DNA of 45,390 nt from an uncultured Candidatus Saccharibacteria bacterium. GTDB lineage: Bacteria > Patescibacteriota > Andersenbacteria > UBA10190. The notes beneath the pieces are model-generated. The model saw nothing but the letters and a program-made list of their open reading frames with translations. It was not told the DNA's origin and did not search any database. Positions within the stretch are counted from its first letter, which is position 1. Every line of letters starts with the position of its first letter. The translations under genes were made by a program, and so were the position numbers. Of the stretch, positions 1-7,572 are shown piece after piece. The stretch lies in the NCBI GenBank assembly GCA_964373855.1, contig CAYJWL010000004.1, forward strand, positions 1 through 45,390, written 5' to 3'.

Positions 1-614
1 TCCTCGTCGTAGCGACGAAGAACCGCCCGGACAATTCCCTGAATAACCGGGGTTTTTGTAAAGATCGGTTTCATTTTTTTATTGGCTGGTTGCAAACGGA
101 TGCGGTCGAGCTCGCGGTAGTATCTTTTTAATGTCGCATGGTCATTGTCAAGAAGCGCGACAACGGTGTCGCCGTTATTTGGATAGAAGTTCCGTTCAAC
201 TATGACATAGTCTCCATCAAGAATGCCGTCTTCGATCATGGAATCTCCGCTGACCTTAAGAACATAGCAATTGAGATTAGGCAACAACTCAATCGGCACC
301 GTCATTGCTTCTCTGCCCTCGATGGCTTCAATCGGCTTGCCGGCGGCAATCAAACCGACCAGGGGCAATTCAATACCCTTCGTAAATACGTTCGATTTTT
401 CCGTAAGTTCAGCAGATCGCATCTGCCCATCGCGCAGGCGAATGTACCCCTTTTCCTTCAATTGCTGCACATGATTGTAGGCAGTGGCCGGGGATTTAAT
501 GCCCAAAGCTCTCATAACCTCACGGTAGCTGGGGGCATAGTTATGATTGGCGAGAAACTCCCGAATGACATTCAGCGTTTCGCTTTGTTTTTTGGTGAGA
601 TCGCTGTAAGGCAC
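1..614 (-). CDS. lexA: LexA repressor (S24 peptidase family); the last C-terminal residues run off the window edge
   Basis: My reverse-strand translation from GTG (614-612) is stop-free down to position 1. It reads VPYSDLTKKQSETLNVIREFL..SYREVMRALGIKSPATAYNHVQQLKEKGYI (winged HTH), then VLKVSGDSMIEDGILDGDYVIV (catalytic Ser), HATLKRYY (catalytic Lys) and IQGIVRAVLRRY. An in-frame TGA lies just upstream of the GTG. The ORF is absent from the track because it has no stop inside the window. Confidence 0.88.
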   Translation of the reverse strand, partial: MPYSDLTKKQSETLNVIREFLANHNYAPSYREVMRALGIKSPATAYNHVQQLKEKGYIRLRDGQMRSAELTEKSNVFTKGIELPLVGLIAAGKPIEAIEGREAMTVPIELLPNLNCYVLKVSGDSMIEDGILDGDYVIVERNFYPNNGDTVVALLDNDHATLKRYYRELDRIRLQPANKKMKPIFTKTPVIQGIVRAVLRRYDE

Positions 615-624
615 AGGTGGTCAT

Positions 625-666
625 TAGAAATTAGAAAGTAGAAATTGGAAATTAGAACCGGAAACA
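625..666. repeat. Six tandem 7-nt units T(A/G)GAAA(T/G) in the lexA leader
   Basis: Direct reading gives TAGAAAT TAGAAAG TAGAAAT TGGAAAT TAGAACC GGAAACA. Similar heptad runs occur at 1309-1336 and 6742-6769. Confidence 0.7.
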
Positions 667-669
667 GAC

Positions 670-688
670 AATGTATACGAACATTATA
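670..688 (-). promoter_or_regulatory. lexA -10 box overlapped by an inverted repeat; candidate LexA operator
   Basis: The minus strand reads TATAAT (688..683). The repeat AATGT-N6-ACATT (670-685) overlaps it. This position fits autoregulation, but the spacing differs from the CTGT-N8-ACAG and GAAC-N4-GTTC consensus boxes. Confidence 0.3.
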
Positions 689-853
689 GCAACAAACAAA
701 AAGAGATAGCAGAGAAGTTATACACAGTTCGACGCGGCTGCTTTAGCTACAGCCTGGCTCACCCAAAAACACAGAGTGTGATCCAGGCCCCCGGTGTTGT
801 ATTATTTCCCGTTATCCATTACAGATTACTGGTTACAAGTTATTATATGACTT

Positions 854-1306
854 ATGCGCATGGTCTTTGATACGAATGTTCTGATTGATGGATTTCAGGA
901 TGATTACAGCGCCCAAGCACGCCTCATCGGCGCGGCGTTGGCAGGTGAAATTACGGTGCTCGCAACGAGCGCTATTCATCGGGAATATCAAAAGATGCTC
1001 CGTCGTCTCATTGATGATCCGGCCTATAAGAGAAAAATATCTGAATTTTTAGCTGCCACTGAAATGGTTGAGCCGAGGGTGGTGGCTGTTACCATAGATG
1101 ATGAAGAGGATATTAAGTTTCTGCAGGCGGCTGTGGGCGGAGGAGCTGATATTCTCGTGACTAATGATCGTCATCTCCTTGATGTTGGTGAAGCCGGGGG
1201 CGTGGATATCATAAAGCCCGAGGAAGCCTGGAACCGCCATGCAGATACTACCGGCCAGTCAAGCGAATGGGAAGAATTTGCCAAGGGATTGGGGATAGGG
1301 AAGTAA
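854..1306 (+). CDS. PIN-domain protein (putative toxin-antitoxin toxin / ribonuclease)
   Basis: The product has MVFDTNVLIDG at the N-terminus, and DDEEDIKFLQAAVGGGADILVTNDRHLL, a typical PIN acidic-residue pattern. A TTACAG-N16-TATTAT promoter ends 7 nt before the ATG. Confidence 0.7.
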   Translation: MRMVFDTNVLIDGFQDDYSAQARLIGAALAGEITVLATSAIHREYQKMLRRLIDDPAYKRKISEFLAATEMVEPRVVAVTIDDEEDIKFLQAAVGGGADILVTNDRHLLDVGEAGGVDIIKPEEAWNRHADTTGQSSEWEEFAKGLGIGK

Positions 1307-1316
1307 GATAGAAATT

Positions 1317-2636
1317 ATGAATTATGAATTAAGTATCAGACTGGCTGTGATAACGGTCTGGGGAATGGTTGTGGTTTTGGTTGCTCTACCGGTTCTGGCC
1401 CAAACAGTCGCGCCGACACCGGTGGCGACAACCACTGACCAAGAGGGCAAAGCTAAGCAGGAAATTTCTGACCGAGAGGCAGCCATTCAGAGGCTTAATC
1501 AGCACATTGAGGAGCTGGCACAGAAGCGTGATACAACGGCAGCTGCAGCCGAGGTCATCTTGCAGAAACTGGATCAGTTGCGCTATCAATTGCAAAAAGC
1601 GGAACTGGAGCTGGAAAAAACACAATTAACAATCAGCCAGGTTGGAGCAGAGCAGGGGCAGACCGAAAAAGATATTGCCATGTTGCAACAAGATGTGGAG
1701 ATGAAACGGGAACAATTACGCCTGCTCGTGCGCGATCTCTACGAGAAAGAACAGTCTTCGTGGGTCCGCTTATTTTTTGACACCTTAAGCTTGAGCGAGG
1801 TACTGGCGCAGCGGGCCGCTGTCATGACCATCCAGGATAAAACCTTGCAGCTGGTGCGCGACATGCGTGAACAAGTAGAAGCCTTGCACCAAAAAGAGGC
1901 CGAGTTGGAGCAACAAGCCCTTGATCTAAATCAGCTTGAGAATCTGCTATCACTTCAGCAGGCGGAAGTTGCGACGCAGAAATCCGAGCAGCAAAAATTT
2001 CTCAACGCCAAGCAGTCAGAGCAAGCCGCTTATGAGCATTTACTGAAGGACGCTCAGCAGGCCCGCCAGGAAATTGCCAAGCAGATATTCACATTGAAAG
2101 AGGCAGGGGTGGAGGTGACGCTCACCAGCGCGCTGGATATGGCCAGGTATGCCGGCTCTCGCACTGGAGTTGATCCGGCTATTCTGCTGGCTGTGCTAAA
2201 AGTGGAATCTAATGTTGGCACGAACATTGGCGGAGGCGCTTTCCCTGACGACATGCACCCGGACAGCCGCGATGCTTTTTTACGAATCACCAAGAAGCTT
2301 GGACTGGATCCGCTTAAGACACCAGTAGCGCGCCGACCTCCTAGCGGCGAGGGATGGGGAGGAGCCATGGGCCCGGCCCAGATCATGCCCGCCACTTGGG
2401 AGGGAATTGAGGAGAAAATTGAGCAGCTGGCCGGTAAGTCACCTGTCAATCCGTATGATCTGACGCACGCTTTTGTGGGGACATCAATATTGCTTGCCAG
2501 GGCCGGTGCCAACGATCCGACCCATGTCAGAGAAGCCGTGGGCAGATATATTGCCGGACCCAATTGGCAGTATTACAGCTGGTACGTTGACCGCGTGATG
2601 GCCGTGGCTAATGAATATGCCAAAGAATTGCACTAG
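1317..2636 (+). CDS. Membrane-anchored coiled-coil protein with a C-terminal lytic transglycosylase (SLT-like) domain
   Basis: An N-terminal hydrophobic anchor is followed by ~230 aa of heptad-rich Q/E/L sequence. The C-terminus has LAVLKVESNVG (catalytic Glu-Ser) and AMGPAQIMPATW, as in SLT/GH23 enzymes. Confidence 0.7.
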   Translation: MNYELSIRLAVITVWGMVVVLVALPVLAQTVAPTPVATTTDQEGKAKQEISDREAAIQRLNQHIEELAQKRDTTAAAAEVILQKLDQLRYQLQKAELELEKTQLTISQVGAEQGQTEKDIAMLQQDVEMKREQLRLLVRDLYEKEQSSWVRLFFDTLSLSEVLAQRAAVMTIQDKTLQLVRDMREQVEALHQKEAELEQQALDLNQLENLLSLQQAEVATQKSEQQKFLNAKQSEQAAYEHLLKDAQQARQEIAKQIFTLKEAGVEVTLTSALDMARYAGSRTGVDPAILLAVLKVESNVGTNIGGGAFPDDMHPDSRDAFLRITKKLGLDPLKTPVARRPPSGEGWGGAMGPAQIMPATWEGIEEKIEQLAGKSPVNPYDLTHAFVGTSILLARAGANDPTHVREAVGRYIAGPNWQYYSWYVDRVMAVANEYAKELH

Positions 2637-2676
2637 CGGCTGGTCATGGCGCCTAGTGTTTTAATAATTTGACGCC

Positions 2677-3015
2677 ATGCTGGCCCGTTTCCGCCGACCT
2701 TGGCCTGTACTTTTTGGACTGGGCGTAGTCGCCAACGTTGTGCTGTGGCTGATGGTTCTGCTTACGTTTCCCATTGAAGCGCCGGTTTCCATTCTTCATT
2801 ACAGCGTCGGCATCGGTATTGACTTTATCGGTCAGGGTAGCGAGATTATAACGCTGCCGGCAATTGGCAGCATCTTATTAATTGGCAATAGCTTATTAGC
2901 GTGGCCGATGTATCGGCTGAACAGCCGCGCCAGCTGGATACTTTTGAGCGGCGGTTTTATTGTCCAATGTATATTGTTAGCAGCCTACATATTGTTATGG
3001 AAACTAAACGTTTAG
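2677..3015 (+). CDS. Small polytopic membrane protein, function unknown
   Basis: The 112-aa product has 3-4 hydrophobic helices. It is tightly coupled (19-nt overlap) to the following GT2 gene. Confidence 0.5.
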   Translation: MLARFRRPWPVLFGLGVVANVVLWLMVLLTFPIEAPVSILHYSVGIGIDFIGQGSEIITLPAIGSILLIGNSLLAWPMYRLNSRASWILLSGGFIVQCILLAAYILLWKLNV

Positions 3016-4655
3016 GAATTCCGCGTGTTGAGTTTGAGGTTGATATATCGCACGTTCGGCAGCGGCTATGGCAGATCATCCCCGGTGCTCTTTCTTGGCT
3101 CACATTGATCGCTCTGTCAGGGCTGGCGTTTGTCGTGCCTTTTTGGATTTCCATATTTATTATCGCATACGATGTTTACATCCTGGTGAGAATTGCATAC
3201 ATGACAGTCCACCTGCTGTACGCATACCGGCAGCTGCGGGCATACCGCGGCATCGATTGGCTGACGCGATGCCGGGGGGTTTCGGGCGATATACGTCAGT
3301 ACCGGGCAAGTCTGCAGAAGCAGGCAAAGCACGCTAGCGGTTCACGGCTGGCTAACATTAAGCGCCACCGGAGCGAAATAGAAATACTGGTGTCCAGTCA
3401 AGCGCAAATTTTCAACTGGGAAAACGTACACCACGTAATAATCTTTCCCACCTACGACGAATCCCTCATGGTCTTACGAACATCGTTACGGGCTTTGGCA
3501 GCCTCTGATTTTCCCAAGGACAGGATGCATGTGGTGGTGGGTTTTGAAGGACGGGCAACTGGAGCACGTGAGCGCGCGGCCGCTTTGCGCCAGGAATTTG
3601 GCCAGATCTTCAAGACATTTTTGACTACTTTTCATCCTGATGGGTTGCCGGGAGAGAAGCGTGTTAAGAGCGCCAACGCTACTTGGGCGATTCAGGAAGT
3701 GGAAAAAAAACTCGCAGCCTACCACATATTGCCCGAGCAAGTCCTCGTCAGTAATTTTGATTGCGACACAGTGGCACCCCCGGAGTATTTTTCATATCTC
3801 ACGTACACATTTATTACGCACCCCCAGCGCTATCGCGTGAGCTACCAGCCGATCCCCGTATACAACAATAATTTGTGGGACGCGCCGTCTTTTTCCCGCG
3901 TGATTGCTATGGGTTCAACCTTTTGGCAGATGATAGAATCAACACGCCCGGAAAGACTGGTTACGTTTTCCAGCCATTCTATGACGCTGCAGGCATTGCG
4001 CGGCGTAGGCTACTGGCAAACTGATATTATTTCCGAAGATTCCCGCATCTTTTGGCAAGCCTTGCTGCGGTATGATGGTCACTACCGCACACACCCTCTC
4101 TACATCACGGTATCGATGGACGCGGCTCTGGCTCCCACCTGGTGGCAGACGCTGAAGAATCAATATAAACAAAAACGGCGCTGGGCTTGGGGGATCGAGA
4201 ACTTCCCATTTTTGGTTGAAGGCTTCATGAAAAATAAGAACATTCCGGTCCGGGTAAAGTGGACATACATCTTTCGTACCCTTGAGGGACATTATTCTTG
4301 GGCAACGGCTTCGATCATTGTCGCTGGCCTGGGCTGGCTGCCTATTTTCTTCGGCGGTCCGGAATTTAGCGCCACCGTGCTTTCCTACAGCTTACCCTTC
4401 GTCACGAGGACTATAATGACGATAGCGATGAGCGGCTTGATTGTATCCGCGGCGTTGGCGTTGCTTCTGATGCCGGCGCGACCCGGGCGGTATAGCCGCT
4501 GGCGATACTGGTACATCTTGGTCCAGTGGGTATTGGTGCCTATTGTTGCTACTTTGCTGTCGGCTTTTCCGGCCCTTGATGCTGAAACCAGGCTTATGCT
4601 CGGACGTGATTTGCATTTCAACGTGATGGAGAAGACGCGTCGGCAAGATGTTTAA
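2997..4655 (+). CDS. Membrane-embedded family-2 glycosyltransferase (processive, cellulose/chitin-synthase-like)
   Basis: Motifs seen: VIIFPTYDES, FDCDT, and QYKQKRRWAWG (a QxxRW motif), with multiple TM helices at both ends. I moved the start from the track value 2901 to ATG 2997 (METKRLG) to avoid a long overlap with the upstream gene. Confidence 0.75.
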   Translation: METKRLGIPRVEFEVDISHVRQRLWQIIPGALSWLTLIALSGLAFVVPFWISIFIIAYDVYILVRIAYMTVHLLYAYRQLRAYRGIDWLTRCRGVSGDIRQYRASLQKQAKHASGSRLANIKRHRSEIEILVSSQAQIFNWENVHHVIIFPTYDESLMVLRTSLRALAASDFPKDRMHVVVGFEGRATGARERAAALRQEFGQIFKTFLTTFHPDGLPGEKRVKSANATWAIQEVEKKLAAYHILPEQVLVSNFDCDTVAPPEYFSYLTYTFITHPQRYRVSYQPIPVYNNNLWDAPSFSRVIAMGSTFWQMIESTRPERLVTFSSHSMTLQALRGVGYWQTDIISEDSRIFWQALLRYDGHYRTHPLYITVSMDAALAPTWWQTLKNQYKQKRRWAWGIENFPFLVEGFMKNKNIPVRVKWTYIFRTLEGHYSWATASIIVAGLGWLPIFFGGPEFSATVLSYSLPFVTRTIMTIAMSGLIVSAALALLLMPARPGRYSRWRYWYILVQWVLVPIVATLLSAFPALDAETRLMLGRDLHFNVMEKTRRQDV

Positions 4656-5700
4656 TCTTAAGACTATGTTGGATTTTACGCCCTTGGAATCCTGGCATCT
4701 GCTGCTCTTTATGATGGTCTTTAGCAGCACGTATGTTTTGCTCCAGCTGCGCGCGCTCAAAACCTACCACGCTCGCGAGCAGGGGGCTGTGAGGAAAATA
4801 AAGCAATACGCGGGGATTATATTATTAGGTGTTACCGTGCTCGTGGCTTTTTTTATTGTCCAGGATATAGCCCTGAAAATTGGGCTGGGTGCGGCAGCCG
4901 TGGTCGTCGCGCTGGTCGGCCGAGCCGATGAAATACAGTCGCTGTCTCCTAAAACGCAGTTTCTTTGGCAGCTTGTGATCGTTTTAATTCTTGTAACAAG
5001 CGGCTGGACGATACCTTTTGTGAGCAATCCCTGGGCTGGGGGCATATTGAAGCTTGATTGGTTAGAGGTTGGCACGTGGCTTTTTCCCGGAAGCGTTTTG
5101 GCAGCATTATGGCTCCTCTTCTTTATGAATTCGATCAATTGGCTAGACGGGGTTGACGGTTTGGCGGGAAGTGTCGTGTTGATGGCTCTCCTGGCGCTGG
5201 TTGCTGTCAGCTTGTTGCCCGCAACGCAGGATCGGCAGACGCTCGTGCTGGCATTAACCGGCGCGGCCGCTCTGTTAGCATTTGTGCTGTGGAATTTTCC
5301 TCCGGCACAGATATATCTTGGTACAACCGGCAGCTGGTTCATTGGATTATATGTCGCGCTGGTGGCGATGATCGGCGGCGGGAAGATTATCACCACAGCC
5401 CTCGTGTTAGCTCTGCCGGCGCTCGATGCTTTATATGTCATCGTGCGGCGTTTATGGTCGGGCCGGCGTCCCTGGCATGGAGATACCGTCTCGCATTGGC
5501 ATCACCGGCTTCTGGGCACCGGCGTCTCAACTCGGTCCATCACTTTGGCCGCCGCTGCTCTAACGGCCGTCTTAGCGGCTGTCAGTATCATGGCATCAAC
5601 TCCGGCGAAGCTTGGAATTTTAACTGTCGTCGTGTTAGGGTTTGTAGTTGCCTTTTTAATAGATCAGGGTGTGCTAAAGTTCAAAGTGGATAAGTCATGA
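4648..5700 (+). CDS. Polyprenyl-phosphate sugar-1-phosphate transferase, GT4 MraY/WecA/TagO family (WecA-like)
   Basis: The product has NSINWLDGVDGLAGS and a C-terminal HWHHRLL motif, with ~10 TM helices. The gene overlaps the GT2 gene by 8 nt. Confidence 0.8.
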   Translation: MFNLKTMLDFTPLESWHLLLFMMVFSSTYVLLQLRALKTYHAREQGAVRKIKQYAGIILLGVTVLVAFFIVQDIALKIGLGAAAVVVALVGRADEIQSLSPKTQFLWQLVIVLILVTSGWTIPFVSNPWAGGILKLDWLEVGTWLFPGSVLAALWLLFFMNSINWLDGVDGLAGSVVLMALLALVAVSLLPATQDRQTLVLALTGAAALLAFVLWNFPPAQIYLGTTGSWFIGLYVALVAMIGGGKIITTALVLALPALDALYVIVRRLWSGRRPWHGDTVSHWHHRLLGTGVSTRSITLAAAALTAVLAAVSIMASTPAKLGILTVVVLGFVVAFLIDQGVLKFKVDKS

Positions 5701-6167
5701 GCAGAGAATTAATAATCATCAGCGCGATTGTGGTACTTGTACTGGCAGGTCTTGGAGCATATGTGATTTCGCGTCAGACGCCGTGCCGCGACTTTAATCA
5801 AGAAAAAATTACAGTTGGCTCAACAAAATTTTCTGTGCACGTGGCGGCCACGCAGGCGGAGCGGATTCGTGGCTTGGGCGGATGTACCTTTGTTCCCGAA
5901 GCAAGCGGCATGCTGTTCCGCTATGAGGCCCCGCAAAGGGTGGCTTTTTGGATGAAAGGCATGGTCATTCCGCTTGATATGATTTGGATTGCGGATGGGG
6001 CAGTTATTGGCATGGTGGAGCAGGTACCGCCGCCGGGTAAAACAAAAACCGAATTACTCCCGCAGTATAAACCGCCGCGCCCAGTGGATGCAGTGCTGGA
6101 AATTGAAGCAGGCGGCGCTAAGAAGTACGGCATTGTGATCGGTAGTCCGGTAACGCCAAGTCAGTAA
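5697..6167 (+). CDS. DUF192 (COG1430) family protein with an N-terminal membrane anchor
   Basis: The product shows GMLFRY..FWMKGMVIPLDMIWI...AVLEIEAGGAKKYGI, the typical DUF192 pattern. Its ATGA start overlaps the upstream stop. Confidence 0.7.
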   Translation: MSRELIIISAIVVLVLAGLGAYVISRQTPCRDFNQEKITVGSTKFSVHVAATQAERIRGLGGCTFVPEASGMLFRYEAPQRVAFWMKGMVIPLDMIWIADGAVIGMVEQVPPPGKTKTELLPQYKPPRPVDAVLEIEAGGAKKYGIVIGSPVTPSQ

Positions 6168-6170
6168 CGA

Positions 6171-6372
6171 TCTGCGGGTCCTGTAGGCGGGCTGCCTCCC
6201 ACCCCTGCGGCCGCAGTCGCTTGAGTGTGCTTAGTGCTCCTGAAAAGGGCGGGCAGTCCCGCCATGCTACCTGCCATGCACGTAGACAGAAAGGGGTGGC
6301 GCGAGCTTAAGGCCACCGCGGGAGCGCAATGTCATGAGCACCCGTGGGGAGAAAGCAAGCGACAGGACCCTT
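6171..6372. ncRNA. GC-rich ~200-nt structured intergenic element, class unknown (candidate ncRNA or 3' UTR structure)
   Basis: A closing helix pairs GGGUCCUGU (6176-6184) with ACAGGACCC (6362-6370). Nested hairpins are 6205-6216 (CUGCGGCCGCAG), 6248-6263 (GGCGGG-CAGU-CCCGCC) and 6295-6317 (GGUGGC..GCCACC). The element lies upstream of, not within, the rplU transcript predicted from the 6395 promoter. Confidence 0.3.
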
Positions 6373-6394
6373 GTTTGTAAGTTCTCCCTCGCAT

Positions 6395-6423
6395 TTGACA
6401 GGTAAAGAGTCTTGCCGCATTAT
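6395..6423 (+). promoter_or_regulatory. Sigma70-type promoter of rplU (TTGACA-N17-CATTAT)
   Basis: The -35 TTGACA is at 6395-6400 and the -10 CATTAT at 6418-6423. The ATG is at 6438, giving a ~8-nt leader without a Shine-Dalgarno site. Confidence 0.5.
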
Positions 6424-6437
6424 CGTACAATATTCAT

Positions 6438-6758
6438 ATGAAAGCAGCAGTTATAAAAACCGGCGGCAAACAATATGTTGTCGAAGAGGGTATTAAAATC
6501 AAGGTGGACAGTCTCGGCGGCAAAGCCGGCGATGCTTTGAAGTTTAAAGAAGTGCTGCTGACAGCTACCGACAAGAGTATTTCAGTGGGAACGCCGACGG
6601 TGAAAGGCGCGGCTGTTGCAGCGGAAATCATCAAACACGACCGGTATAAAAAGATTGTGGGCGTCAAAATGAAAGCTAAAAAGCGCTACCGCCGCTATTT
6701 CGGACACAAGCAGGCATACTCGGAAGTGGAGATTAAGAACATTGAAATTGGAAAGTAG
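6438..6758 (+). CDS. rplU: 50S ribosomal protein L21
   Basis: The product begins MKAAVIKTGGKQYVVEEG and ends KKRYRRYFGHKQAYSEVEI, a full-length L21 signature. Confidence 0.95.
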   Translation: MKAAVIKTGGKQYVVEEGIKIKVDSLGGKAGDALKFKEVLLTATDKSISVGTPTVKGAAVAAEIIKHDRYKKIVGVKMKAKKRYRRYFGHKQAYSEVEIKNIEIGK

Positions 6759-6913
6759 AAATTGCAAGTTTCAGCAGCCGGTAATCGGTAACTCGTAAAA
6801 GTGCCCTCGCAAGCATTTATTATTGAAACTTGTGAGTCTAGCCTTTGACTTGGCGCATCATCGAAGTCCGCAGTCCCGCTGGTAGCGGGGCGAAGGCAAA
6901 AGCCGGTCAAGAG

Positions 6914-7519
6914 TCATGACAACTGCTTCCGTCCCTGGAAAGCAGCTGTGAGCGTCATCGCATCAGCAAATTCAATGTCTCCTCCGGTGGGCAAGCCCCG
7001 GGCGAGACGTGTCACTTTCAGACCCTTCATATTCAACCCCACCAGAATATGCCGAGTGGTGGCTTCGCTCTCCATGTTGTGATCAAGCGCGATAATAAGC
7101 TCCTGAATATTTTCCTTCTCCAGCCGCTCGAATAATTCAGAAATTGCCAGTTGTTCCGGACCGATCCCTTCCAGGGGGGAGAGCACGCCGCCCAGCACAT
7201 GATAACGGCCATTATACGATCCGGTTCGTTCAATTGATTCCACATCAAGCGTATCCTCAACAACACAGAGAACGTTGCTGTCGCGGGTTTTATCCCGGCA
7301 GATAATGCAGGTTTCTGCGTCTGCCAGGTTGTAACAAATGGAGCAGGTGTGAACGCTGGCATGAAGATTTTCCACGGTCTGTGCGAGCCGGCCCACGGCC
7401 GCTTGTGGCTGGCGCAGCAAATGTATCGCCAGGCGCTGCGCGCTCTTCGGACCAATGCCGGGCAGACGGGTCAATTCATACGTAAGATCACGAACTGCTT
7501 TAGGGAGGACGCTTGGCAT
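6914..7519 (-). CDS. recR: Recombination protein RecR
   Basis: The product has LPGIGPKSAQRLAIHLL (HhH), the zinc finger CSICYNLADAETCIIC, and a Toprim region VVEDTLDVESIERTG. Confidence 0.95.
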   Translation of the reverse strand: MPSVLPKAVRDLTYELTRLPGIGPKSAQRLAIHLLRQPQAAVGRLAQTVENLHASVHTCSICYNLADAETCIICRDKTRDSNVLCVVEDTLDVESIERTGSYNGRYHVLGGVLSPLEGIGPEQLAISELFERLEKENIQELIIALDHNMESEATTRHILVGLNMKGLKVTRLARGLPTGGDIEFADAMTLTAAFQGRKQLS

Positions 7520-7572
7520 AATGTGTTACGGCCTCTCATGGTAACTGAATTTTGGGCCGTGTCTACCCGCTT

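Noticed and set aside
138-641. A 167-aa + strand ORF from the track (with a nested ORF at 271-474).
   Set aside because: It lies exactly antisense to a clear LexA coding sequence and has no recognisable motifs. It is an antisense artefact.
6171-6372. Assigning the structured element to RNase P RNA, SRP RNA or tmRNA.
   Set aside because: GAAAAGGGCGGGC resembles the GGAAAGUCCGGGC P4 strand, but it simply pairs with the adjacent CCCGCC in a local hairpin. No ACAGAA..CCGGCU partner is present, nor an SRP GGAA/AGCA domain IV, nor a tRNA-like end. The size is also too small for RNase P.
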